A stretch of DNA of 64,000 nt from Mucilaginibacter sp. (GCF_028288205.1 NZ_JAQBOD010000055.1:36434-100433); one strand, 5' to 3'; positions 39,763 through 49,369 are shown, counted from the first letter of the stretch. Program-made: numbers and translations. Notes: generated by a model not told the origin, from the sequence alone.

Positions 39763-40209
39763 ATGGCTGAAAAACTATCAGATTACAAGTACAAAACCCA
39801 TATCCCTATCCGCTTCTCGGATATAGACGCGGTGGGGCACGTTAACAACGCTATTTATTTAACCTATTTTGAAATTGCCCGCTTTAATTATTGGAAAGAA
39901 GCCATCGACTGGAATTTCAGTGAGAACGGTATCATCGTGGGCCGGTCGGAAGTAAATTATCTGAAGCCCATAACCTTGCATGACCACATTGCCTGCTATG
40001 TACGCGTGGTGCGTATTGGTAACAGCAGTTTTGATGTAATGCATGTACTGGTTAAGATAACTCCACATGGTGAGGAGATTTGCACCACCGGCAAAACAGT
40101 TTGTATCTGTTATGATTATTCGGCTAATAAATCCGTAAAAATACCCAGCAACGAACGCAAGCGAATGATTGAGTATGACGAGCCCAGGCTAATATTAAAT
40201 ACTAATTAA
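39763..40209 (+). CDS. Acyl-CoA thioesterase, hotdog fold (YbgC/4HBT-like)
   Basis: 148 aa. RFSDIDAVGHVNNAIYLTYFE catalytic-Asp region. Confidence 0.8.
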   Translation: MAEKLSDYKYKTHIPIRFSDIDAVGHVNNAIYLTYFEIARFNYWKEAIDWNFSENGIIVGRSEVNYLKPITLHDHIACYVRVVRIGNSSFDVMHVLVKITPHGEEICTTGKTVCICYDYSANKSVKIPSNERKRMIEYDEPRLILNTN

Positions 40210-40220
40210 AAGGTGATGTA

Positions 40221-40417
40221 GTGTTTCACAAAATAATGAAACAGATGAAACACTCTTTTAGGTTAACCTATTGATATTTAGTAATTTGACAAAATGAGTG
40301 AAACACTTTGAAACAGTACAAATACTTTAGGTAGATGTACCTAAATACCTTAATAAGTATTTTATGCTGTTTTTAAGATTTTTACAAAAATAGGGTGAAA
40401 CACCTGATGTGAAACAC
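40221..40417. repeat. Cluster of seven 9-mers matching [GAT]TGAAACA[CG] (one inverted, three tandem pairs)
   Basis: Sites at 40221 (inverted), 40236, 40245, 40298, 40308, 40395 and 40409. GTGAAACAC is exact at three forward sites and once as its reverse complement at 40221. The surrounding 383-bp region is non-coding. Confidence 0.75.
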
Positions 40418-40592
40418 TTTTTTTTTACAATTTGCGACCCCGCCAAGACAATGTTATTGATATAAATTTGCATACTGTCTTTTAATGGTTATTGCTCTCT
40501 CAAGAGGAGTATCGCACAACCCGCCGCTTTTTTTTAATCTTTCGGGCACTCGTACTACAAGCAATATACACCGGGATTGAAAATCCAGATAA

Positions 40593-41288
40593 TTACTTCA
40601 CCCCTATCTCAAACACCGTATTTACCTGGAAGCTTAATTTTATTTTCTTAAAATTAATGTCCGATTCGGAAGGAATACTAACTTCATTAAGCGACATAGC
40701 TTTATACATAACCTGCCTTGGTTGCGGGTAATTACTGTTATCATTTTCGGTAATATTTAGTACGTTGCCCAGCTTTTCGCCCAGGCCATTGAGCAAATAG
40801 GTTGCTTTGGCTTTGGCCGCTAACAACGCTTTTAGCTTAAGCTCGTTTTTTAGCTGATCTATTTTTGAGTAGTTGTAGCTGTCAATATTGGTGCTTTGTA
40901 TGCCTTTAGGGTCAACCTTGCTTAGTATCTGGTTAAATTTATTCAGGTCATGAAATTTAATGCCATATTGTTTTGAAGCCAAAAAATCGGGGTTCTTTTT
41001 CTTTTGGTAAGTATTATTATAGGCCGACATATTATTTACTGTAAAATCATCTTTAGCTATACCGGCATCGCGCACAGCCGCTTCCAACTGGTTTTCTAAC
41101 TGATCTATAGTAACTTTTGTTTTCCCATTAATGTATTCCTGCAGAGAAATGGAAACATTAATAATATCGGGGGTAACTTCCTGCTCGGCAGTGCCGGTAA
41201 CTTCAATTTTGCGGCGCAGGTCAACATTTTGGGCGAATGTATTATAACTAACAATAATAATTGCGGCAAGTATAAGTAGCTTTTTCAT
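40593..41288 (-). CDS. SIMPL-domain (DUF541) periplasmic protein
   Basis: Signal peptide MKKLLILAAIIIVSYNTFA. The I.V.G.AE.EV.PD pattern is typical of SIMPL. Start set at ATG 41288. Confidence 0.78.
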   Translation of the reverse strand: MKKLLILAAIIIVSYNTFAQNVDLRRKIEVTGTAEQEVTPDIINVSISLQEYINGKTKVTIDQLENQLEAAVRDAGIAKDDFTVNNMSAYNNTYQKKKNPDFLASKQYGIKFHDLNKFNQILSKVDPKGIQSTNIDSYNYSKIDQLKNELKLKALLAAKAKATYLLNGLGEKLGNVLNITENDNSNYPQPRQVMYKAMSLNEVSIPSESDINFKKIKLSFQVNTVFEIGVK

Positions 41289-41415
41289 AAATATATTTTT
41301 GTAGATATAGAACAAAGAAACGGGTTATAGTTTAATCATTTGTAATTATTATGATATGCCGGGCTATAAATGGAGTTAAAGTTTGACTGTACTTATTTTT
41401 ATTTTAAATTACAAC

Positions 41416-42561
41416 ATGAAAAAACTGATCCTGATCCTGCTGCTACCTTTAGCATTAAGTACAAAAGCGCAACTGCTTGTTGATACCCATAACGATGCCA
41501 TATCAAACCAATTAATTACCGGCGCCGACCTTGGTAAATTACAGCCAATTGGTAATTTTGACCTGGTACGTGCCAAACAAGGCGGGTTAAACGCGCAGAT
41601 ATTTTCTATATGGTGCAGCGGGCAGTATAGTAAGGGTACAGCTTACGCAATGGCTAACCGCGAGATAGATTCGTTATACTCATTAATTAATCGGCACCCG
41701 GATATGATAGCCATGGTTACTACGCCTAAACAACTAACCAAAGCGGTTAAGCAAAATAAGTTGGCCGCATTAATTGGTGTGGAAGGCGGCCACATGATTG
41801 AGGATAGTATAGGTTATGTTGACCTGTTGACCAAACGTGGCATGGCTTACCTAACGCTAACCTGGAATAACAGCACCAGTTGGGCAACATCAGCAGCTGA
41901 TGAAACTACTAAGGGAGATTCTTTAAAACACAAAGGACTTACTGATTATGGCAAACAGATAGTACATCACTTAAATGATCTGGGTGTTATGGTGGATGTA
42001 TCGCATGTAGGCGAGCAAACCTTTTATGATGTAATAGCTACCAGTACAAAACCGGTTATCGCATCGCATAGCTGCGCGTGGACACTTAATAAAAACCGCC
42101 GTAATATGAAAGACGCGCAATTACAGGCGCTTGCAAAAAATGACGGTGTAATATTTGTTAACTTTTATAGCGGTTTTGTTGACAGTACCTATGCGCAAAA
42201 AGAAGGTACTTTTATAAGGGCACACCGCCCGGAACTTGACTCGCTTATAAAAATTTATAAAGATAGGGATCTGGCTACCGAAAGATTAAGCGCGATACAT
42301 AAAGCAGAATCGGACATGGTGCGCCCGCCATTAAGCATGCTCATTAAACATATTGATTATATAGCCAAACTTATTGGGGTTGAGCATGTAGGCATAGGAT
42401 CAGATTTTGATGGTTCAGAATCATTTCCGCAGGAAATGGATAGCGTTGCTGATTATCCCAAAATAAAAACCGAACTATTAAAGCTTGGCTACAGTAAGAA
42501 AGATGTTGCCAAAATATTTGGTGGTAATTTTATACGGGTGTTTAAGGCTAATAAGAGGTAG
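41416..42561 (+). CDS. Membrane dipeptidase (peptidase M19)
   Basis: DTHND, GVEGGH, DVSH and GSDFDG motifs. Start set at ATG 41416 (MKKLILILL). Confidence 0.88.
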   Translation: MKKLILILLLPLALSTKAQLLVDTHNDAISNQLITGADLGKLQPIGNFDLVRAKQGGLNAQIFSIWCSGQYSKGTAYAMANREIDSLYSLINRHPDMIAMVTTPKQLTKAVKQNKLAALIGVEGGHMIEDSIGYVDLLTKRGMAYLTLTWNNSTSWATSAADETTKGDSLKHKGLTDYGKQIVHHLNDLGVMVDVSHVGEQTFYDVIATSTKPVIASHSCAWTLNKNRRNMKDAQLQALAKNDGVIFVNFYSGFVDSTYAQKEGTFIRAHRPELDSLIKIYKDRDLATERLSAIHKAESDMVRPPLSMLIKHIDYIAKLIGVEHVGIGSDFDGSESFPQEMDSVADYPKIKTELLKLGYSKKDVAKIFGGNFIRVFKANKR

Positions 42562-42604
42562 TATTAAGAGCTAAATGATTGGTGTCAGAGTGCCAGCCGC
42601 AATT

Positions 42605-43303
42605 TCAAGTCATTAAAGTCAGCCTAACCAAATACTGCCCAAACTCATCTTCCAATAGCACTTCCATGCTAAAACCGGTTTCGGCAGCAATTTGCTGCAA
42701 GGTATGCTCATCAATATAAAGCCAGTTAAACCATTCTGTTTTTAGTTTTTTATAGCTGTATTGATATTGTATCTCGCCATAATAGCCTTGCATGGGCAGC
42801 TTGCCTTCGTACAGGTAAGCAATATCTGATGAATCGAATAATATTTGTCCGCCTTTAGTTAACAAGGTTTTTAAATGGGTAAGCAATTGTTTTAATTGTT
42901 GAAGTGTACCTGCCAAACCAATACCATTCATCATAAATAACAGGGTATCAAATTTCTCTGCATTATAATTAAATATATCAGCCTCAACTGCTTTTTTCAC
43001 ACCCCGCTCCTTCATTAGCTGCACACACAACAGCGAAATATCTATCGCTGTAATATCCAATCCCTGTTCTTGTAAAAGCAGCACATGGCTGCCTGCTCCC
43101 GCACCAATATCCAATACCTTCCCCCGGCATTGTTCCATGGCCATATATTCAATATCGGGCATATCGTTCTCTTCCCTAAAATAAGTAGCTATAGGCATTT
43201 CTTCGGGCGGCCCGTATTTATTATTGATCCAAAGTTTACTTTTAGATAAATTGTGGTAATGATCAAGTAGGGCCCGGCCTAAAATGTCGTTCATTTTGTT
43301 CAT
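42605..43303 (-). CDS. Class I SAM-dependent methyltransferase
   Basis: 232 aa. Motif I VLDIGAGAGSH. Confidence 0.8.
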   Translation of the reverse strand: MNKMNDILGRALLDHYHNLSKSKLWINNKYGPPEEMPIATYFREENDMPDIEYMAMEQCRGKVLDIGAGAGSHVLLLQEQGLDITAIDISLLCVQLMKERGVKKAVEADIFNYNAEKFDTLLFMMNGIGLAGTLQQLKQLLTHLKTLLTKGGQILFDSSDIAYLYEGKLPMQGYYGEIQYQYSYKKLKTEWFNWLYIDEHTLQQIAAETGFSMEVLLEDEFGQYLVRLTLMT

Positions 43304-43495
43304 TTTTATTAAACGTGCTTACATTCGCCTGTAAACTTATACTTTTATAACAAAACATAACAACTACATTTATTGTTACGTATAAACACCTGATACCCCC
43401 CTTTTTTAATTTCAAACTGTATTAAACTAAATATTTCGTTACAATTGCCGAAGAATTATTTGTTTTGATAATTTTGCCTACATCTTTCTTAACCT

Positions 43496-44005
43496 ATGAG
43501 AAACCTAACCTACCTATCACTAATATTATTTTTCGCATGCGCTTTATTTTCATGTAAAAAAAGCGAAATAATTGGCGGAAAATCACACGCTGCGTTAATA
43601 ACCGGCAAGTGGCTGGCTTACCAGCAGCACACTATGATATATGATTTGAACACCGCCGATCTTGTAAAAGACACTACCATGTTGTTTAGCTCCACAAATC
43701 CGAAGGCATGGTATGAAATATTTAATAACGATGGTTCTGCCTACATAACTACTATCCCGCATAAAGTAGCAGGTTCATCGGTTTATGGTACTGATACAAC
43801 CTCCTATTTGCATTACACAATTTTAGGTTCGGTATTAACCATTAAACAAAATGGTGGCGGAAGCGAAACTAAGCCTATCATCCGGTTAACCGATATGGAC
43901 CTCGGGCTGGAAACCATATTTCAAAGCAATCCACAACCCGGCTGGGGGCTTGATGTAAATACTTCTTACAAATACATAGTAGATACTTACTACAGCAGGC
44001 AATAA
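43496..44005 (+). CDS. Hypothetical lipoprotein
   Basis: 169 aa. Lipobox-like LFSCKK after a hydrophobic leader. Confidence 0.5.
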   Translation: MRNLTYLSLILFFACALFSCKKSEIIGGKSHAALITGKWLAYQQHTMIYDLNTADLVKDTTMLFSSTNPKAWYEIFNNDGSAYITTIPHKVAGSSVYGTDTTSYLHYTILGSVLTIKQNGGGSETKPIIRLTDMDLGLETIFQSNPQPGWGLDVNTSYKYIVDTYYSRQ

Positions 44006-44008
44006 CAG

Positions 44009-45355
44009 CTATTTGATCTTACCATTTTCTAATGTAACAGGCTTGCTCTTCTCACTCGCCAAATAAGACCAGTTTACGGTACTTACCTGGTAGGTATGAG
44101 TTACTTTATCATCAACTTTATTATCGGTAAAAGTTAATTCGGGTGCCGGTATTGGAGCCGGTTGATCGCCATCGTTCCATCGCTGGTAACCGGTTAGTTT
44201 ACTAAATGTGGTTTTGGTTCTATAAGTTAACGTCGTCAGCTCAACCCCATCACGATAAATAATAAAAGTTTTAATGCCGCTTTCCAGGTCGGGCGAGGCA
44301 TGCCATTTTAACATTAAATTAGTACCCCAAAAATTTGCAACCAGATCATGCGGCGCAGGCGGCGGTGTTTTATCGGTTACATTGCCGGTTGCCATATATT
44401 CTACCCATTTCTCTGCAAGTTCTTTATCAGGGAACCAGCAGGCAGCCAGTTTATCGCCTTTAAAAGACGCGGCCGGGGCAACGGTTCTTTTAGCTGTATC
44501 GCCAAGCCAGGCATTGGTAACATCCATATCGCGCAGATTAGCATTGCCAGCTTTTGCAGGGAGCCGCATTGCCAAACAAGCATCTATCCAGGGGATAGCC
44601 AAAAAACGCATATCATGCACCTGGTGCCCATCCATTGCCGACTCTACTACCGGGTTGACTGCATGTGCCCACAATGCTCCTTTTTTACGCCCGTTAGCAA
44701 ATAAGGTGGCGTTATTATAACAAAGATCCTGTATACCGTTATGGTGCAATATTGGCACTTTTAATGCAGCCGGAACATCAGCTATATCTACCCCACAGGC
44801 TTGGGCTACGGTTACAGCAACCCTTTCCGGATGCTTACCCGTCATGGAAGTTACCCAAATTGACCCGCCCGAATGCCCCCATAGCGCCCACGGAACCGTT
44901 TTAATTTCGGGGTGATTAGCTTTTATTGCCAGTTTATCCAACATCTCCAGGAAAGCTTCGTTTGTACCATTATCCGGATTGTACCAATTGATACATGTTT
45001 TCGCATTACCTGCCCCGGTAATAAACTTTGGCGCCAGTAATACAGCATGCCATTTTTTGGCAAGTTCTTTCCATTGCTCATCAAACATCATTTGCCAGGC
45101 ATCACCTTCGCGGGTACAGCCATGCAGGTGTACAATTACTGTGCGTATCGTCCCTACGTCGCCGGGTATGTAAGCATAACAGGTGGCATTATCAATCATT
45201 ATTCCTTTTTTGGCTATGGCGAATTGGTAAATAGTGCCATCTTCATTCCCATCGGCTTTAAATTGCTTTGCAAAAATAAAAGAAACTAATGCCAGGCACA
45301 GGCATACTGTAACTGATACAACAATATACTTTAAGTAAGTTTTACGTGTTTTCAT
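44009..45355 (-). CDS. Secreted alpha/beta-hydrolase (esterase/depolymerase-like) with a C-terminal Fn3-like domain
   Basis: 448 aa. Nucleophile elbow GHSGGS and an HLHGC region. The C-terminal approximately 100 aa form a beta-sandwich-like region after a PPPAP linker. Confidence 0.6.
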   Translation of the reverse strand: MKTRKTYLKYIVVSVTVCLCLALVSFIFAKQFKADGNEDGTIYQFAIAKKGIMIDNATCYAYIPGDVGTIRTVIVHLHGCTREGDAWQMMFDEQWKELAKKWHAVLLAPKFITGAGNAKTCINWYNPDNGTNEAFLEMLDKLAIKANHPEIKTVPWALWGHSGGSIWVTSMTGKHPERVAVTVAQACGVDIADVPAALKVPILHHNGIQDLCYNNATLFANGRKKGALWAHAVNPVVESAMDGHQVHDMRFLAIPWIDACLAMRLPAKAGNANLRDMDVTNAWLGDTAKRTVAPAASFKGDKLAACWFPDKELAEKWVEYMATGNVTDKTPPPAPHDLVANFWGTNLMLKWHASPDLESGIKTFIIYRDGVELTTLTYRTKTTFSKLTGYQRWNDGDQPAPIPAPELTFTDNKVDDKVTHTYQVSTVNWSYLASEKSKPVTLENGKIK

Positions 45356-45432
45356 TTCCCGTGGGATTTAAAGCTGGTTAGCAATTGGTTGGATTAAATT
45401 TACAATAAATTCTTATCTGAACCATGATTTTT

Positions 45433-45975
45433 GGTAGTGTCTCAGTTTGAAATTTAATTTTCACTTGTAATCTCACCCCCATATCGTATTGCCGCTTCAA
45501 GTATATCAATGTTTATATCTTTTAGCGTTTTGAACCTAATGCAATAACCAGTCACACTCGCCTTGCCTATGTTTTTTCCATACGTTTGGGCTAAGTATGT
45601 CTTATCATTGATACCAAGGATATAGACAGAGATTCCGGTTTTGTTTGCGCTCAAACCAATTTGAAAAAAATCCCTGGTCTTTCCATCAGCATATTTTATG
45701 GTGTAAAATCCATAGCCTATAGTAGGGTTACTAACAGTTTTATTTTCGCTGTTTTTACCATTGTCGAACCATAATTTACAACCTGGTAAAACTTGAAGTG
45801 TGAGCTGGTGCAACTGTTGCATATCACTACGCTTTGATTCAGGTTGGCTAGTAATATAGTTTTTGATTTGTTCTTGTACGTTCATATAAAATATAAAATT
45901 ACGGGTCGTTTACTCTGCCTTTTCAAATCTCGCTTTATTTTTAGTTATACACTAATTTCAAACTGAGACACTATC
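45433..45975. mobile_element. 543-bp non-autonomous cassette: 22-bp TIRs, 8-bp direct duplication (TGATTTTT), single cargo gene
   Basis: TIRs are GGTAGTGTCTCAGTTTGAAATT (45433-45454) and 45954-45975 (21/22 as reverse complement). TSD copies are at 45425-45432 and 45976-45983. No transposase lies inside. Confidence 0.7.
45454..45885 (-). CDS. DUF1801/YdhG-like protein (cargo of the cassette)
   Basis: 143 aa. The family assignment rests on overall pattern (I..YI...PE..R......L, IGYG, CIRFK) and is moderate only. Confidence 0.6.
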   Translation of the reverse strand: MNVQEQIKNYITSQPESKRSDMQQLHQLTLQVLPGCKLWFDNGKNSENKTVSNPTIGYGFYTIKYADGKTRDFFQIGLSANKTGISVYILGINDKTYLAQTYGKNIGKASVTGYCIRFKTLKDINIDILEAAIRYGGEITSEN

Positions 45976-46051
45976 TGATTTTTAGGATTAAAGAATTTTA
46001 GGTTTTTTTATAATTAATCAGAACAATCTTAAAAATCATGGTTAGACACAC

Positions 46052-46083
46052 AAAAAAGCCGGCAGAATCGCTTCAACCGGCCT
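46052..46083 (-). terminator. Intrinsic terminator after the amidohydrolase gene
   Basis: Minus strand: AGGCCGG-loop-CCGGCTT followed by TTTTTT. Confidence 0.55.
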
Positions 46084-46102
46084 GCTATAATTAATTGTGA
46101 TG

Positions 46103-47362
46103 TTATGCTTCTACCAATTCTTCATACGGGGTGCCTACCGTCATAGGGTCCTTATGGAACTTGCCATCTTTCATGATGCCATGCAGTCTCTTTTTGTCCT
46201 GCAATATTTTGATGTCTTTAAGCGGATCCCCATCAACCAGTAACAGATCGGCCAGGTAGCCTTCTTTAACTTTACCCAGGTCGTTTGGCATATTCATTAT
46301 TTCGCCGCCCCATACGGTGGCCGCACGAATGGTGTCCATAGTACTCCAGCCTAAACGCTCAACAAATATTTGCAGGTCTTTTGCATAAGTGCCGTGCGGT
46401 GTCCATAGGAAACCATAATCGCCGCCCGGAAGTATTTTTATACCTCTCTTGTGCATTTCGGTAAGGCCCCTTACGGCATTTTCTAACTCTCTTTTGTAAC
46501 CTACCTTTTCTGCAAGCTCGCTCGAGTAGCCAAACTGACCGGCATCTTCTAAAGTCGCGGTTATCCAGTTTAGGCCAGGTGCTACAAATACAGTATCTTT
46601 TTTAGCTTCCAGCATATCCATACCTTCGTCGTCAATATAGCTTGCATGATAAATAACATCAACGCCATTACGCAGGCACATTTTTATACTTTCGGCGCTA
46701 CGCGCGTGGGCAGATACCCTTACACCGCACCTGTGTGCTTCTTTAACAACCACAGCTACTTCATCATCATCAAAAAATGTTTGTTGTGCCCAAACGCGGG
46801 TGGTAATTTCTTCGCCGCTTAATATTAGTTTGATCATGTCAACGCCGCTGCCAATAATTTCACGGGCAACTTTTCGTACCTGGTCAACGCCATCAACTAC
46901 GTTTGATGCTTTTGGCAGTAATAAGCCATTTGAGGTAGCAAGTTCCATAGCATTAGCCAGGTAACGGGGACCGGGAAAACGCCCGGCATTTATAGCATCG
47001 CGAATAACAATATCCAGCCTGTTTTTTGCCGATGCAGCGCCAACACACATGGTATAACCGGCATCAATATACATCTTAGCCGATTCGACGCATACCAGCA
47101 TATGCTCTTCTACCGGCATATTTTGTACAAAGTCTAAATCGCCGCTGTTCCAGCTTAAGTGGGTGTGCGCATCGCATAGGGTAGACATCAGCGTGCGGCC
47201 GTTGCCTTCTATTACTCTGGTATCACCATCACCTAAAATGCCGCCACCTTCGGCAACTTTTTTAATACGGTTACCTTCAACCAGCACATCGCCGTTAAAG
47301 GTACGCTCGTTATCGCAATCAATAACGTTTACGTTTTTAAATAAAATTGAATTCCCTTTCAT
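46103..47362 (-). CDS. Metal-dependent amidohydrolase-family protein
   Basis: 419 aa. Metal-binding pattern CDAHTHL with later H and D residues. Typical composite N- and C-terminal beta domain. Confidence 0.8.
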   Translation of the reverse strand: MKGNSILFKNVNVIDCDNERTFNGDVLVEGNRIKKVAEGGGILGDGDTRVIEGNGRTLMSTLCDAHTHLSWNSGDLDFVQNMPVEEHMLVCVESAKMYIDAGYTMCVGAASAKNRLDIVIRDAINAGRFPGPRYLANAMELATSNGLLLPKASNVVDGVDQVRKVAREIIGSGVDMIKLILSGEEITTRVWAQQTFFDDDEVAVVVKEAHRCGVRVSAHARSAESIKMCLRNGVDVIYHASYIDDEGMDMLEAKKDTVFVAPGLNWITATLEDAGQFGYSSELAEKVGYKRELENAVRGLTEMHKRGIKILPGGDYGFLWTPHGTYAKDLQIFVERLGWSTMDTIRAATVWGGEIMNMPNDLGKVKEGYLADLLLVDGDPLKDIKILQDKKRLHGIMKDGKFHKDPMTVGTPYEELVEA

Positions 47363-47491
47363 AATTATACATTTTAATTGGTTTGTTGCGTGTATTTGGG
47401 TTACACTATAATTGGTTTACTGTGTTGTATACGTAGGAAATATTAAGAAAGAAATAAAGAACGACAGGCAGCCATAACATGGGCTGTAAAC

Positions 47492-47528
47492 AAAAAATTC
47501 TATACTACTAAGCAGTATAGAATTTTTT
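47492..47528 (-). terminator. A/T-flanked hairpin spanning the stop codon of the alpha/beta-hydrolase gene
   Basis: AAAAAATTCTATACT-loop-AGTATAGAATTTTTT. 9-bp core stem with A6 and T6 extensions. Confidence 0.45.
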
Positions 47529-48281
47529 AATCAATGCTAAAACCTCGTTTGGCTTTTCGCTTATTGTCCAGTGGCCGCAACCGCTTAACAACTCGTATTG
47601 TGAGCCGCTTATGGCTGCATGCAACTTCTCAACATTTGCAGGCGGAGCGGTTTTATCTTCATCACCGGTTATCAGTAATGTTTTACAGGTAATTTTTTCA
47701 GGATCGGCTTTAACGCTTTCTGATAAAGCGATACAGCTTTGTGCATAACCTTCGGCATTTTGACGCATTAATGATTCGCGTACATAACCTACCACTACCC
47801 CTCTGGTAGTCTTGGTTTCTTCTGATAAGCCACCTACTGATATGGCGTCAGCAACCGGGGTCATACCTTTTTCACGTACCAACGCGGCACGGTCTTTTAA
47901 AGCAGGGCGCGCAGGCTCAGGTGCTTCGGCTAACGGGCCCAGCAATACAAGGTCCGTAACTCTGCCGGGTTGTGATGCAGCCATGTGCTGACAAACTATG
48001 GTACCCATAGAGTGACCAATAACTTTAGCTTTATCAATACCTAATTCATCTAAAACAGCAAACATATACTCAGCCAGTTCAGGAATAGAAATTCCCTCGG
48101 CATTGTCTGATCGTCCTGCGCTTGGCAGATCGGGAGCTATCAGTTTATATTGTTTACCAAATTCAATTGTGGCAGGCGCCCAAAAATTTGATGTGCCGCC
48201 TAAACCGTGAACCAGGATAATAGCTTCGCCTTCGCCGGTTACATCTACTGCAATTGTTTTGCCTTTAATAGTTAGAAACAT
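47508..48281 (-). CDS. Alpha/beta-fold hydrolase (enol-lactonase-like)
   Basis: 257 aa. HGLGG oxyanion region, nucleophile GHSMG and a C-terminal GH. Confidence 0.8.
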   Translation of the reverse strand: MFLTIKGKTIAVDVTGEGEAIILVHGLGGTSNFWAPATIEFGKQYKLIAPDLPSAGRSDNAEGISIPELAEYMFAVLDELGIDKAKVIGHSMGTIVCQHMAASQPGRVTDLVLLGPLAEAPEPARPALKDRAALVREKGMTPVADAISVGGLSEETKTTRGVVVGYVRESLMRQNAEGYAQSCIALSESVKADPEKITCKTLLITGDEDKTAPPANVEKLHAAISGSQYELLSGCGHWTISEKPNEVLALIKKFYTA

Positions 48282-48305
48282 GTTTTTAATTGTTATGGTT
48301 AATTT

Positions 48306-49172
48306 TTATGTGATTGTATTTTCAATATATCCTATTCCTGATATAGCTATTTTCATTACATCGCCTTTTTTCAGGAATTTGGGCGGGTTAAAACCTATCC
48401 CTACTCCTGCGGGTGTACCGGTTGCTATAATATCGCCCGGCGACAAGGTCATACTTGCCGATATAGCGGCAATAATGGTTGGTATATCAAATATCAGGTC
48501 GCTGGTATTGGCTCTTTGACGCTCTTCGCCATTTATTATGCCGGTTATCTCCATATTGGTTGGGTCAACCTCATCTGCCGATACGATCCATGGACCCATA
48601 GGGCAAAAGGTATCAATAGATTTACCCAGGAACCATTGTTTATGGGCCGATTGGGTATCACGTGCGGTAACATCATTAATAACAGTATAACCAAAAACAT
48701 GGTCGTAGGCGTTTTCTTTGCTGATGGTACGACCGCCCTTACCAATAATAACGCCCAGCTCAGACTCATAATCAATTTTTTCTGATAACGTCCACGGAAC
48801 TACAACATCATCATAGGGCCCGTTAAGTGAGCTTGGGGCCTTGGTGAAAATGATAGGAAGATCAGGGATAACATCTGTTTTGTTAGAGTCGAACCCGCTG
48901 CCGGCAAATTCTTTGGCGTGTGCATGATAGTTTTTACCTACACAAATAATATTTTTATTGGGTTGGGATATGGGCGATAAAAGGTGAACATCATTTATAG
49001 CAAATGTCTCACCTGTATATTCGGGAGATGTTCCGTTAGATAGTCCCTCTATTACGGCTATCATAGGGTCAATAGTGTTGCCGGGCGATTGGATAACTTT
49101 TATAACAGCGTTATCCACGTCAACAACACCCAGCTTTACAGCTTGGTTAACTTTAAACTTGGCTAATTTCAT
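48306..49172 (-). CDS. Fumarylacetoacetate hydrolase (FAH) family protein
   Basis: 288 aa. E.ELGVIIG and GDII.TGTP.GVG motifs. Confidence 0.88.
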   Translation of the reverse strand: MKLAKFKVNQAVKLGVVDVDNAVIKVIQSPGNTIDPMIAVIEGLSNGTSPEYTGETFAINDVHLLSPISQPNKNIICVGKNYHAHAKEFAGSGFDSNKTDVIPDLPIIFTKAPSSLNGPYDDVVVPWTLSEKIDYESELGVIIGKGGRTISKENAYDHVFGYTVINDVTARDTQSAHKQWFLGKSIDTFCPMGPWIVSADEVDPTNMEITGIINGEERQRANTSDLIFDIPTIIAAISASMTLSPGDIIATGTPAGVGIGFNPPKFLKKGDVMKIAISGIGYIENTIT

Positions 49173-49369
49173 TAAGAGGTTTATAATTATCTATAAATTA
49201 ATTGGTTATTTTACAATTAACCAAATAATTTTTGTCGAAAAGAGCTTTCTCAATCGATGTAGTAGTTGGTTTTTCACCGGCAATAAGGTAAAAACTGCCT
49301 GTTTATACAGTAAAAAGATAGATTTTAAAGACAATGAAATCGATTGTAATAATTATGTTGCTAACTGTA

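Larger units (their letters stand above)
45416..46046. repeat. Family E REP-like palindrome split by an insertion (halves at 45416-45432 and 45976-46046)
   Basis: CTGAACCATGATTTTT | insert | (TGATTTTT)AGGATT...AATCTTAAAAATCATGGTTAG. The arms match 20/22 once the insert and one octamer copy are removed. Confidence 0.75.

Noticed and set aside
40221-40417. Possible CRISPR array (also considered for the palindrome families)
   Set aside because: The repeats are only 9 nt with irregular spacing. The other repeats are single inverted pairs. There is no regular repeat-spacer periodicity and no cas genes.
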